From Octopus sinensis (lineage: Eukaryota): 64,000 nucleotides of DNA. A program made the position numbers and the translations under genes. Every line of letters starts with the position of its first letter. Position 1 is the stretch's first letter. The stretch lies in the NCBI RefSeq assembly GCF_006345805.1, contig NC_042997.1, positions 13,950,001 to 14,014,000 on the forward strand, given 5' to 3'. Of this stretch, positions 23,391 through 37,564 are shown piece by piece. The notes under the pieces were generated by a model. It was not told the origin of the DNA, searched no databases, and saw only the letters and a program-made list of their open reading frames with translations.

Positions 23391-24002
23391 ATGAAAGAGG
23401 TTGTGTGGTGGTCTAGACTGAAAGGGCTGAAGACAAATACTTTTCTCTTTGGCCTATCCCTCATCAACTTTTCGGCTAATTCCATCATGAAGATTGCTCC
23501 ACCGCCTTCCTTTGGCAGGCAAGGGAAGGGAATTTTCATGTCCCGTGGCTGTAACGAAAGAGGTCGTGTGATGGTCTAGACTGAAAGGGCCGAAGACAAA
23601 TACTGGCCTACCCCTCACCGACTTTTTCAGATACCATCTGGAAAGGAAAGTGAGGATTGAGAGAGAAGTACTGACTTCTAGCAATTTTTTTAAAAGGTGG
23701 GTGAATGTGGCGAAGATGGTCCGTGTCAACGGGCCAACTCTGAGAATGCGCTTTTGAGTTTCCAAGGCTGCGAGAGAGAAAAATGAGGAAAGGGTTGTTG
23801 ACCTAGTGGATGTGGCGCTTGCGGGTTTTATGTGGGGTCTCCATGAGTAGCCCAGTGTTTCTTGCCTCTTTTAGGCATTTTCTTTGTTATATTTTTCATT
23901 GTTATTGACTTTTCACACGACACTTTATGTAACCCCACTTTGTCCTTCATGTTTTGTAATGTCCAATCTTATTTTTGTCGACCCTTGTGGCTAATAAAAA
24001 AT
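23391..24002 (+). pseudogene. Tx1-type LINE 3' end (second copy) with a duplicated 5' segment
   Basis: KEVV-WSRLKG...FFRYHLERKVRIEREVL...KRWVNVAKMVRVNGPTLRM, matching the C-terminus near 22050-22150. 23393-23440 repeats at about 23557-23602. Tail cccttgtggctaataaaaaata. Confidence 0.75.
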
Positions 24003-24029
24003 AGGATTATTATTTATTATTATTATTAC

Positions 24030-24089
<60 letters not shown>

Positions 24090-24107
24090 CATCATCATCA
24101 TCATTAT

Positions 24108-24190
24108 GCGAGAGAGCAACACATGTCATTGAAGTGAAGCTGGTGTGCAAATATACGAGGCCCAGTATACCCATCATGACTACCCGTATA
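24108..24190 (-). mobile_element. 3' terminus of an unclassified retroposon ending in the (AAT/GAT)n tract
   Basis: Unique about 80-bp segment abutting the trinucleotide tract, like the other LINE tails; family not assigned. Confidence 0.35.
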
Positions 24191-24394
24191 AGACTACCCG
24201 TATAATGACTACCCGACTAAGAGTATACCAGGTACCCATTTGACAGAAGTTTTGGTGGAAATGTTCCAACAACTTTTCTTGAGTAGATATTTGTGTATGT
24301 ATCCAATAACGGTGGTGAGTAGTCACTTTGATTATTCCAATGGTACCGTATAATTTGTGGGTAGTCACTTTGATTATTCGAATGGTACTGTATA

Positions 24395-24920
24395 ATTTTT
24401 TAACGACTTCGTGTCGCATAGGGAGGTAGTACCTTTATGAGATTTTTGGGCAACTGCTAATCACATGTGTGGGTGTCTTATACAGAAATATGACATAATC
24501 TACATTTACAGTTGCCTCTTGGAGCTCCAACTGCTTCACTGTCTCTTTTATTTAATAAGTATTTCATAGTAATCTCCCTTTGTGGTATAGCTTTCATAAG
24601 TTCTAGGAAGTTTGCATTTCTTGTCGATATTAGTCTTCTTCAAGTCTTCGGGAAACATAGCCATGCATTGTCATTTTCTTTTTGGTATGATGAGTGTTTC
24701 ACATCCAAGTCTTCTTTGAGGTATGTTAGTCCAAGTGTTTTGGGTTTGTATGGGAGGTCATTAGGAAGAGTATTTCCGGAGGAGCTCACTACACACATGT
24801 AGGATGTCGTTCACTTCGTTTTTCAAAACTATGTCTATTTATTTTTAGTACTCTTGCTTAGCAGGTGCTGTCTGAGAGAGACTATACGACATTCGAAGGT
24901 TGTCTGTTCTAATCTCAAGC
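24395..24920 (-). pseudogene. R4/Dong LINE internal fragment with CCHC zinc knuckle
   Basis: FECRIVSLRQHLL...MHGYV...EITMKYLLNKR...CKCRLCHISV*D-THVISSCPKIS*RYYLPMRHEVV (C-x2-C-x8-H-x4-C followed by RH). Confidence 0.8.
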
Positions 24921-25033
24921 CTCAATCCCTTTTATATCTCCTTTGATTTCACGGTTGAAGTTTCCAGTTGATATCTGGATCTGGCGGGTTTAATGTCAAT
25001 GGAGTGGATTTTATTGTCAATGGATAGTTAGAC

Positions 25034-25135
<102 letters not shown>

Positions 25136-25353
25136 TTAGATAGATAGATAGATAAGTTTCTTTATTGGCCACACAGGGCTGCACACAGATGGGACAAGTT
25201 ACAAGGTAGAGCTTTTCTTTTGGGGGATGAAAAAAACAAAAAACAAAAGAAAGAAAAAAAAGAAAAAAAAAGGGGTGGCGTAGGTTTTCGATCAAGAGGG
25301 ATCGTAAAAGGGAAGAAAAGAACAAGAAAAAACAAAAAAAAATTAAAAATAAA

Positions 25354-25430
<77 letters not shown>

Positions 25431-26706
25431 CGGAATTCTTTACCAATATTAGAAATTATCAACATCCTCATCATATTTATTAGACAAATGCAGTGGAGCA
25501 ATGTAAAGTAGCACGTCTTTTATACGTTCCGAGTTCAAATCACATCATTTTTTGCCTTTCACTTCTCCGATATCGATAAATAAGAACTGATCTCGTACAG
25601 AAGTTGATTTAACTAACTATACCTTAAGCCAATATCTATTGTGCTGTGTCTTTGTTAGAATGAGTATTACTTTTATTATTGGTTTTATTATTATTGATTT
25701 ATCTGTTGTTATTTTACCCCTCGTATTATCACAATTTATGTTGTGATTGTAACATCCAGTTTTCTTTTTTCGATGCAGTTAATGATTAACTATTTTGATG
25801 TTGCGAGGTTTTTTTTCTTCTTTTTTTTATATTTCTTCATCCATGTTACAAGAAACAAACTCTCACATACGTTTTATTGCCCGTTAAGTATTGTTCATCT
25901 GTTATTGTTGTAAGTTATTATTTATCATTATGGCGAACTGTTTATTGTGATGGTGTATATGTAAGACATTGTTGTTGATGGTGGTGTGTGTGTAGATTGT
26001 AATGTTGTTGTTCTTGTTGATGTTGTTGCTTAGCCTTAGGTCAATTCTGATCGAGCAGACTTTATGATCAAACGCGTCCCAATCATGGTGGTAGTTGTGA
26101 ATATGGTTGCTTCAGCCAAGTTCTCAATTAACAACAATATGGAGGAAGCTGATCAAAGTGCACCGTATGATTCATCATGCATAAATAGTAACTGAGAATT
26201 ATATTACGCGGGAAATTAAAATCTCTGCCCACCTAGGCTAAAGATAATGAAGCAAACCGACTGTTATTTATACAGTCTCATATAGTTGGTTTCTTATCTA
26301 ATTATTCATCTGTTGTTTTTCAGAAGTTCTGGTTTAGCTTCAATTGTATATGTTCATTTGTAAGCAATCAGCTAAGATAAATGACAATTTGACCAGTATA
26401 GCCACTAGGCAATAGATTTAAATACTGTTTTCAAGACGCTGTACAACTTTAAAACCGAATATTAGATGTCTTACAAATGTATCCAAGCTATTTATATTTA
26501 TTTAGCTATTTATTTATTTATTTTAATTTTTATTGGAATATATGTTTATTGTTTATAATAATTATAAGAATGAGAGATAACTTTTATATTTAAGTGTGTC
26601 AGATATAATTTATTGAAACGCCGGGAGGAACGAATTCTTGAAATATCGGCATTGTTTTCTGTTACTTGCTGTTTCAAAGCTATAACTGCGCGTGTATTTT
26701 GTGTGC

Positions 26707-26802
<96 letters not shown>

Positions 26803-26805
26803 CCA

Positions 26806-27132
26806 AGCTAGAGCACCACCATTAGTCGAACAAATCGACCCCATGATTTATTCTTTGTAAGCCTAGTACTTATTCTGTCGGTCTGTTTTGCCGAACCGCA
26901 TCGGTTGTCAAGCGATGCTGGGGGCACAAATAGATACACAAACACACACACACACACACACGCACACACACACACACACACACACACCACACACACACAC
27001 ACACCACACACACACACACATATATCTAATCCACTCTCAAGGCTTTGGTCGGCCCGAGGCTATAGTAGAAGACACTTGCCCAAGCTGCCACGCAGTGGGA
27101 CTGAATCCGAAACCATGTTGTTCGTAAGCAAG
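26806..27132 (-). mobile_element. SINE family A, partial
   Basis: Reverse-complement match, between (GATA)n tracts. Confidence 0.8.
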
Positions 27133-27162
27133 ATAAATAGATAGATAGACAGACAGACAGAC

Positions 27163-27251
<89 letters not shown>

Positions 27252-27346
27252 TGCATACAGATATATGAATATGTATGAATATCTATATTTATATTCATAA
27301 GTAATTATATACTTTTATGAATATGTGTATTTATATACATGTGTAC

Positions 27347-27695
27347 AGTCGTGGCTGTATGGTAAAAAGTTTGCTTCCCAACCACATGGATTGTGGTTCA
27401 ATCTCATTGTACAACACATTGGGCAAGTGTGTTTTATTGTAGCCTTGGACCGACCAAATCGTTGTGAGTGGATTTGGTTGACGAAAACTAAAAGAAGTCC
27501 GTTGTATGTGTTTTTGTGTGTTTGTTTCACGATTGCTTCACTATCGGTATTGGTGTGTTTGCGTCCCTGTTTCTTAGAAGTTCGGTAAAACAGACCGACA
27601 GAATAAGTGCCAGACTTAGAAGAAAAAAATAAGTACTGGGGTAGATTCATTCAGCTAAACATTCTTCAAGGCGGTGCCACAGCATGATCGAAGTC
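27347..27695 (+). mobile_element. SINE family A, old and diverged
   Basis: Recognisable head, body and tail with many substitutions. Confidence 0.7.
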
Positions 27696-27700
27696 TAATT

Positions 27701-27955
27701 TGAACGTTACGGCAGACGAAATACCTATCTTTTACTACCCACAAGGGGCTAAACACAGAGAGGACAAACAAGGACAGACAAACAGATTAAGTCGATTATA
27801 TCGACCCCAGTGTGTAAGTGGTACATAATTTATCGACCCCGAAAGGATGAAAGGCAAAGTCGACCTCGGCGGAATTTGAACCCAGAACGTAACGGCAGAT
27901 GAAATACAGTTACGCATTTCGCCCGGCGTGCTAACGTTTCTGCCAGCTCACCGCC
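27701..27955 (-). mobile_element. SINE family B plus the start of a second unit
   Basis: Full head-to-tail unit; the junction gacgaaatacctat is present at about 27715-27728. Confidence 0.85.
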
Positions 27956-28162
27956 ATACATTGTATCGTCCTGTTCGAACAAACAACACATTTGTTTAGT
28001 AGCATGTATAATAATAAATCTACTAAATCAATGAAATGAGCGATCCTTTTGTTAAAATACGAAATTATTTTGATCTTCAGTCAGTAGCTGCTGAAGGGAG
28101 AGTTGTATTTATGTTAGCTCTTGCCCATACCCTTTTACTTTGATTTGTTGTCTCTCTCTCTC

Positions 28163-28574
28163 TCTTTTACTCTTTTACTTGTTTCAGTCATTTGACTGCG
28201 GCCATGCTGGAGCACCGCCTTTAGTCGAGCAACTCGACCCCGGGACTTATTCTTTTTTTTTTGTAAGCCCAGTACTTATTCTATCGGTCTCTTTTTGCCG
28301 AACCGCTAAGTGACGGGGACGTAAACACACCAGCATCGGTTGTCAAGCAATGCTAGGGGACAACACAGACACACAAACAAACACACATACATATATATTA
28401 CATATATACGACGACAGGCTTCTTTCAGTTTCCGTCTACCAAATCCACTCCAAGGCTTTGGTCGGCCCGAGGCTATAGCAGAAGACACTTGCCCAAGATG
28501 CCACGCAGTGGGACTGAACCCGGAACCATGTGGTTGGTTAGCAAGCTACTTACCACACAGCCACTCCTGCGCCT
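28163..28574 (-). mobile_element. SINE family A
   Basis: Full-length. Confidence 0.9.
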
Positions 28575-28735
28575 ATGTCTATTTATTTTTCTGCAAATTA
28601 TTTGTAACACCAAACTCAGTTATTTTGTCTAACATTCATGTTTCCTTATATTATTTTTCAGTGTCCGTCTTCACAAATATATTTGTGTATATGAGCGCGC
28701 ACGCACACCTCTGTGTATATGTACGTACATATGTA

Positions 28736-28935
28736 TACTCTTTTACTTGTTTCAGTCATGTGACTGCGGCCTTGCTGGAGCACTGCCTTTAGTCGAGCAA
28801 ATCGACCCGAGCATTTTATAAGCCTAGTACTTATTCTATCAGCCACTTTTGCCGAACCGCCATGTTACGGGGAAGTAAACACACCAGCATCGGTTTTCAA
28901 GCGATGTTGGGGGACAAACACAGACACACAAACAT

Positions 28936-28993
<58 letters not shown>

Positions 28994-29148
28994 TTACGAC
29001 GGGCTTCTTTCAGTTTCCATCTACCAAATCCTCTCACAAGGCTTTGGTTGGCCGAGGCTATAGTAGAAGACACTTTCCCAAGGTGCCACACAGTGGGACT
29101 GAACCCGGAACCATGTGGTTCGTAAGCAAGCTACTTACCACACAGCCA
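28736..29148 (-). mobile_element. SINE family A
   Basis: Full-length. Confidence 0.9.
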
Positions 29149-29615
29149 CAACTACGCTTATAAAAGCATATTTGTATCTGCTTAATCCGTTAATATTCAT
29201 TTCATATAAGAACTAGTTGAAATAAAATGCAATGAACATAGAAAATTTGTCGCTCGAGTCACCCTATATGTTCATCATATATTTGCGGGTATTAACACAA
29301 TAATTAATTTATGCAAATTTATACTGATAAAGACAGTGAAACTTTTAAATGTTCTACATATAGAAACTACTTGCAATGCTGGAAGCCACTTACTTCAGTA
29401 AGAAATGAATGATTGAATTCTTGTCATGTTTACAGTTTGCCATTCTTCCACTATGTTATAATCGTTATTTCTAATAATAACAGTTGTGTGTGTATGTGTG
29501 TGTGTATGTGCGTTTCTGTGTCGTGTGTGTGTGTGTTTGTGTGTGAGTGTGTGTGTATGTATGTATATATATATATATATATATATAGATATATATATAT
29601 ATATATATATAGATA

Positions 29616-29685
<70 letters not shown>

Positions 29686-29786
29686 TATAGATATATATAC
29701 AATATATACACATATACATATTGTAATAGATATGAGCGTTTCCGTAATATATACCATATATAGACACACACACACACACAAGCACG

Positions 29787-29825
<39 letters not shown>

Positions 29826-29917
29826 CTATATATATTACTTAAATATAATAAATATGAGCGTTTCCGTATATATAATATATATATATATATAATATACATA
29901 CATACACACGCACAACC

Positions 29918-30023
<106 letters not shown>

Positions 30024-30181
30024 TCATACATAAATGTAACTGTGTATGGCAGGGGCAGGAATATTTACATATACTACTAGTATATTATATATATATAAAT
30101 GTGTGAGTGTGAGTGGTAATGTTTGTGTAGAGGAAGTGTGGTTGTGTATGTGTATATGTGCACGTGTGTGGGTGTGAGTGT

Positions 30182-30213
<32 letters not shown>

Positions 30214-30873
30214 GTGTGTGAGTGTGTGTTTATTCGATTTCAATACTTTCATAAATTATCATTAAGCATCTTCAGAACGAAATTAATATATTTTCAACTG
30301 CTCGGAGACAGAACACAGGAGAAATCATAGAGAACAGAAATATTAAAATCATTTCTCTTGAAGCAGAATTTGTTGAACAAGTATCTAAAGAAATCGGTTA
30401 TTTATAGAGGAGAATAGGTTTTAAAGAAACCTATGTGATTCCATTGTAATTATGATCTAAATTCGCAATCTTTGGAAACACGCTACAATCTTGCGCACCT
30501 TTCACAAGATTGACAATCCTTTTGAGGCAGATAACTATCAGCCTATTGTACTTACCATTTCTTAAAAGGGATACAGTCGTTAACAAAGTCTTCTTTAGCA
30601 CCTGGAATATCTATACTTCCTTAAAGACCATCACTGTTAGCGTCAGTAAAGCCAGATCTAATGGAGGCTTACTCTCATATGTCACCCAATAATAGTTTCA
30701 CTTCGCAGAGAAATTTGATGAAAGCAGTATTGCTGCTCTTTACATCAACTAAGTTTTTGGCCAAATCTAATACGCGAATCCCCTATACAATCCGTCTTGT
30801 GTCTCGTCTCTTAAATTCATAGCTCTTTATCAAGGAGTTCTCTCTCTCCCTATCCCACTCTCTCTCTCTTTCT

Positions 30874-30910
<37 letters not shown>

Positions 30911-33056
30911 TTTACTGTCTCTTGTCCCCACTTATCAACACTGGTGTGTCTCGAGATTCGGTTTTGTCCCCCATACTCTCCTACATATGAAGGACCTGCT
31001 TATCATCTCCAACAATGACTCTATACAGTTGATACTATCCTAACTTCCCGTCCAGCTGAGATACCTTACCCCAAACCTGCACTGACCACATAAACAGAAA
31101 CCTTGAAAAGATACTCCCGTAGTGTTAGACCAGTCATGTCTTCGAAAGCAAATGTTATTGTACCTCAGCTCGAGTCTTTATCACCGTTTTTCATGATGAG
31201 CCCCATTATCACTGAATATTGCTTCTGGCAAACAAACTGCTCAACATAGCAAAACAATATAACAAATTCTGACTTTACTTTCCAGAGCCACTTTATATTT
31301 CTGCCTTCAACAACAACAAACTCTCTACAAAGCTCAAGGAATTTGCATTTTGAAGTACTGCACAGATGTGACTGTGCTGCAGACACACAGACATCTAGTA
31401 CCTTCCAAAGAAAGGTCGCTCGGTGATTAGCATTTCTAGCAACAAAAAAAACACTCAACAACTAGTTCACAGATATACTGTCTCCTTATTTTGCGATTTG
31501 CATGGATGCTACAGTAGCTCCTTGTCCCTCAGATTTCCGGTCTTGCCTCACTTCTATTCAACAACTCTCGACTCATTTATTCACACTGCTTTCATCACGC
31601 ATTGTTTTCAACTCGACTTCAAGCCTTGCTTTAACTACTACGCCATTTTTTTCTCCCCACATTGTCAGTTATTATGAATTCTCTCCCTTCGTGTGTTTTT
31701 CCTCCAGTCACTTCCCGAAAATAGTTTAGACGAAACGTTAATGGCGTCAATCTCACCGGTCTCTAAGGGTCTCTTTTCTCAAAAGCAAAACAATAAAAGC
31801 AAAATCTCATACTGTCAATAAAAATTACTGAATTCTAATTTTGTCACAAGGCTACAAATATTTGAAGGGAGGTAGTTGAATGACTCGAATCCTAGTAATT
31901 AACTGCTACTTATTGCATTTACCCATAATGATTAAAACTAAACTTTGCCTCGACGGGATTTGAACTCGGAATGTATCGGTGATAACATAAATTGAAACTG
32001 CAAGGAGTGCCTTTAATCCATCATTCGACTGTCTGTCTTTTACTGCTTCTACAGCTCCCTAACTAATTCAAATTATTCTAAACACCCGAATCTTCTAACA
32101 CAATAACAGAAAGAAAAATTAGGAAATACGCCTTATTAGATACTTCTTTCGGTTGTTTTTGTTCTCCTCTCCCTCTCCCTCACATATGCTATCGTCTAAT
32201 AGTACAGTTTCTTATTGACAGTTGATACTGAGACCAGAAGAAAATTTCTACTTCCCATTTTCCATCCCATTCAATTTATACTCTGCTTTTCTCATCCACT
32301 TTATCTTCCAGCTATTTTCTTCATCTCCCTGAACGCTTTCTCCGTTTTCTCTAATTATCTCACCTTTTTCGTCTTGTTATTTCAAACGATTGTGTTTGTT
32401 GGTTTTGTTTTCTTTATTTCAGTTGTTGTTTTGTTGTTTTATTTTCACATTCGTTTTATACATTTTAATAGTTTTATTTGGTTGTGCGCGTTTTAATGGT
32501 TTTACTCCATTTTGTTTTGTTTGTTTGTTTTTTTATGCTTTGTATGTTATTTTTTTTTTTTTTTGTTGCTATTTTTTTAAAGATCGGTGAATTATATAGA
32601 AAAGGAAATAATTTACAAGCAACTAGTTACTGTGTTAAAATAAAATTCCGCTGAGACAAAACACAAAATAAAGAATATAAATGAAACAAAAGTGAAAAGA
32701 AAATTAAAAACATATATATAAAATAATACAAATAAAAACAAACCTGTGACTAGAAGAGGTGAAATAAAAAGAAGTAATAAAGAAGAAGGAAAAGCAGAAG
32801 AAAGAGAAATTTAATGAAAGTTAGAAAATGGCCGCGAGCGTTGTAAGGAAATAGCGTTTCCTCGTCATGGGAACCTCAAAGACATCAAATTAGGTGTCAA
32901 AAAGTTTGAAGGGAAAAAATTAGAGGCTTTTCACATATTACATTTTAAGATCGCAGCAAAATTAGAGCCTTTAGCAATGTATGTATGTATGTATGCATGT
33001 ACTTTTGATGTATGTGTATGCATGCAGGCAGGTACGTATACGTGAAAATATATATA

Positions 33057-33114
<58 letters not shown>

Positions 33115-33389
33115 AATATATATATATAGATATATATATATATATATGTATACATATATATATATATGTATATATGTGTATGTGTGTATTCTCATACCTA
33201 CATACATGCACACACATATCCGTCTTTATATACATACGTATGTGTGTGTATGTATGCATATATGCATGTATATCTCTATTATGATACAATGTATGCGAAT
33301 ACGCGCGAATAAACAAGCATTCACAAACGTGCGTATTTTTACAATATATATACACATATACATATACAAATGTATGTACACATTTATAC

Positions 33390-33430
<41 letters not shown>

Positions 33431-33431
33431 A

Positions 33432-33478
<47 letters not shown>

Positions 33479-33798
33479 ATATGCATACATACATATATAC
33501 AAAACTCATTTTTTTTTTTAAATAACACCAAAATGAAAACGAATTTCAAACTGAAGTTGCTTTTACCGGATGTGTTCTTCGCAGCGCATTCATTTTAGCA
33601 CTTCTGAATCAAACATAGTGCACCTATGTAATTTCTTTAAGATCATGTATGATCCTATCTTTTTATACTACTTTACTTAAGAGAAAACCGCACATGATAG
33701 AAGGCAAGAAAACATATAGATTTATTATAGCAGTAAGAAGCAGGGAGAATAAAAGGGAACTAAAAGTTTGCATATATACATATACATACATACATACA

Positions 33799-33877
<79 letters not shown>

Positions 33878-33880
33878 TTA

Positions 33881-33938
<58 letters not shown>

Positions 33939-34308
33939 ATATAATAGAATTGTAGAACAAAGCAAAACTCTGGTGACAATAATAACAACAACCGCAAGGA
34001 AACAACAATAGTAAAACAATAATAGTGAAGGGGGTACTTTGATGACAACGACGACGACTACGATGATAATGACAATAAGAGAAAAGTAGCTGGGAAAAAT
34101 AGGAGAAACTGAAAAACAAAGAAAGACATAGTGTAAACGAGTGCTATTGCTATAAAAGACCAGGCTTGTTTTATTGTGCGCAATGGCAGCGCAGTTTCCT
34201 CTAACATGAATGGCTATATAGCCTGGCTTTTCTGCACACCTCGGGCACACCTACCTTGCACTGCTTGATTGGCACTTGAGTTTTATTTTGCGTATATATG
34301 TATGTATG

Positions 34309-34368
<60 letters not shown>

Positions 34369-35207
34369 GTATGTATGTATGTCTTTCATTCTATTTTATG
34401 GTTTTCTTATACTTCATATGTATATATTTATTTATTTATTTTTTTTTTGTTTTGCCCAACAGAATTTCAATTCAACTTCAAAGGCGGTTCATGCACAGAG
34501 GGGAGCCGTCTTCACAAGCGTGCGCACAATTTCCATAGGTAGTGGCAATATGCTGGTGAAGGCGAAGAATTTTTTATTAGACGCTCTAAAATCGCCCAGA
34601 GATATAGCATGTATCACACATACACAGAAAAGAATTTCATGCTGCGCAGTAAACAAACTATTTAAGCCGCCAACAGAGTAAGCAAGCGCCAGCCCTATAT
34701 AGATGGAACTAGCTGCATATTATATATGCAGATATACACATGTAAGTTTATATTTGATGCAATAAATATGCATGTAAGAAGTGAATATATGAGTACATTT
34801 ATTAATGTGAACATATAAATGGACATAGTATATTGACACAGTCGCACATACACACATATATATACACACTCATTGACACATACAAATATATTCGCATATG
34901 TAGCGACATGTATATCTGTCTATACATATATATATACGTATTTAGACACGTGTTCACACTCAAAAGATTATATAATAATTATATTCTGTAAAGTAAAAAC
35001 AATAGTACTGTACATGAGTAACATTTTATGCATTCTATAAGCTATATGCTTCTAATGCAGTAAGTTTGCATACTAAATATCTGTACTGTAAGTCTCCATG
35101 GAAACAAGTGAATACAAGCATACACGCATAGATATGTGTGTATACATGCGTCTCAACAGAGTACCCGCGAACATATTCCAGGTTGTTTCAAATTTTTCCG
35201 TCGTATA

Positions 35208-35453
35208 GAAGCCTGTCGTATATATGTATATATATATATGTGTGTGTGTATGTGTGTGCTTGTGTGTCTGTGTTTGCCCCCCTAGCATTGCTTGACAACT
35301 GATGCTGGTGTGTTTACGTCCCCGTCACTTAGCGGTTCGGCAAAAGACACCGATAGAATAAGTACTGGGTTTACAAAGAATAAGTCCCGGGGTCGATTTC
35401 CCGACTAAAGGTGGTGCTCCAGCATGGCCGCAGTCAAATGACTGAAACAAGTT
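35208..35453 (+). mobile_element. SINE family A, 3' half
   Basis: Starts at agaagcctgtcgtatat; tail intact. Confidence 0.85.
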
Positions 35454-36889
35454 AAAAAAAAAATGCTAATTTTTCTTGACTTGGTAGAACTATAGCCCTA
35501 TATAAAATGGTAAATGACACATTATATTACTGGTATATATTACATCGTCGACTAGAAAGTAAGAGATGATATAGATAATCATCCTCAGCTACAGTTTATA
35601 TACTGTAAACTAATTATTACAACTCTCTCGACGTATTTATTTTAATTTTGTTTTTATTATTCTACGCTTTGTAGGCCCTCAAAATGCGATACTATTGAAG
35701 TCGATAAAAGATGTATATTGATCTGGATATCGTGCCAGTTTAAGGAAGTAACATTCCCTAGGATTTATTAACAACTGCTGACAAAATAATTGTAGAAGAT
35801 TCCAACATGAATATTATGAGAATCGATAGCACATGTCCCATTATAAGTGTACTTACATCATCTATTGGTTTAGCGTAGTTGGCACATTTTTGTAAAGCAA
35901 ACGGTTGGTAGCGTAGTGCATTATTTTAAAAGATTTAGCAAGCATTAGATTATCTTTGCTTTTGGTTATAATTCTTGTATAATCTAACTTCTGTGAGTGT
36001 GTATGTGTGTATTTATATACGCTTTCTTTAAAAAAAAAAACTATGACCTCTCTGGAAACATGTTCAGTGTTGTGTGTTGATTATTAAAGTTTTAAGGAGA
36101 ACAAGTCAGTAGATATAAATAATATCGAGTGAGTTATTTCTCTTGGGCTGTCAGAAAACTATATAGCGTAAGAAAATTTGAAAATAAAATTACTGAATAG
36201 GAAAATAGAAATAATATAGGGAGTATGAAAATTGATGAGCAAATATAGAGTGGAGCAAAGGTTTTAATGTGTTCAAGAAGGGTCAATCAATAGACAAACC
36301 AAGAAGAACACTAGAGAAGCGCTAAAGTTGTAAGCTGTAACGTTGAAAGGTATATAGTCGGTGGAAGTTGTAACACATGACTGAAGGAAGGTGTATGATT
36401 GAAAGAATGTTATTTCAGTGGTTATTTGTTTTTGCTTTACGTTTGAAGTTTTATAGCAAAAAGGAAACATTATCCATCTATATTAGTAATTTAAAAGGCA
36501 TGCAATTCAAAACAAGAATACAAGACGGTATAACTTTGAGCAGAGCAAACCGTATACAAAAGTGACAAAGATACGTTTTATGTACAGATGAGAAGATTTG
36601 AATTCTGGAGAGCCTCAACAATTTTCCAATTGTATACAATAGTTCAGAAATATTTACCCTACGCCAACACCATGACAAATATCTTTTAAATTACTGGAAG
36701 GTCACACCACCCTCCGATTAAATGTAAAAACACTTAACCTCATACACTGTGTTATAATCTTACACTTTCTTTCTATATAACAGAAGAGGACTCATTTTAT
36801 TTTACCCATCGATTGAGATTCCTGAACTCTCTAATATTTAAGACACCCTATACTTCTTTATAATTTATTTTAAATGTGTGTGTGTGTAT

Positions 36890-36948
<59 letters not shown>

Positions 36949-37564
36949 TGTGTGTGTGTGTGTGTGTACGTATGTATGTAATGTTTTTGTGCATATATCT
37001 TTATTTTACTCTTTATATATAGTTATCTACTTACCGAAGGAAAATATCTTGCACGAAAAGCTTTTATTTGTAATTAGTTGTTACCTTCGCAATATTTTTA
37101 ATCCAGCGTGCAATGTCGAATGTATTTTTCTACATGCCCAGCTTGCTTTCGGGCGCTCGAGGTTTTTTTCTTTTTGCATCGTTCGAGAATTATTTCAAAA
37201 TTTTATGTGCTATCTTGAAGTAACAATCTTCTTTTCATTGATGCCCTATAACATGATATGCAGTGTTGGGCATTAGTCACCTGACAGTAAACCAAAACCA
37301 TTTAATTCCAAGATTTATTTATGTTTATCAACTGAATGAATTTAATAAAATATGAAAATTGTTCAAACTGAAGTCTTTGAGCGACACATTTTTCCATTCG
37401 AATCAATACACAATTACAGATAGTATTTATGGATTTTTGATTTATTGTCAGGTGACTTCTGGCCAACCCTGTATATATATAATATATATATTATTTCTTT
37501 ATTGCCCACAAGGGGCTAAACATAGAGGGGACAAACAAGGACAATATATATATATATATATATA

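Noticed and set aside
30950-31700. Possible decayed L1/Tx1 fragment (KLKEFAFEVLH-like)
   Set aside because: A single weak motif, not enough to call.
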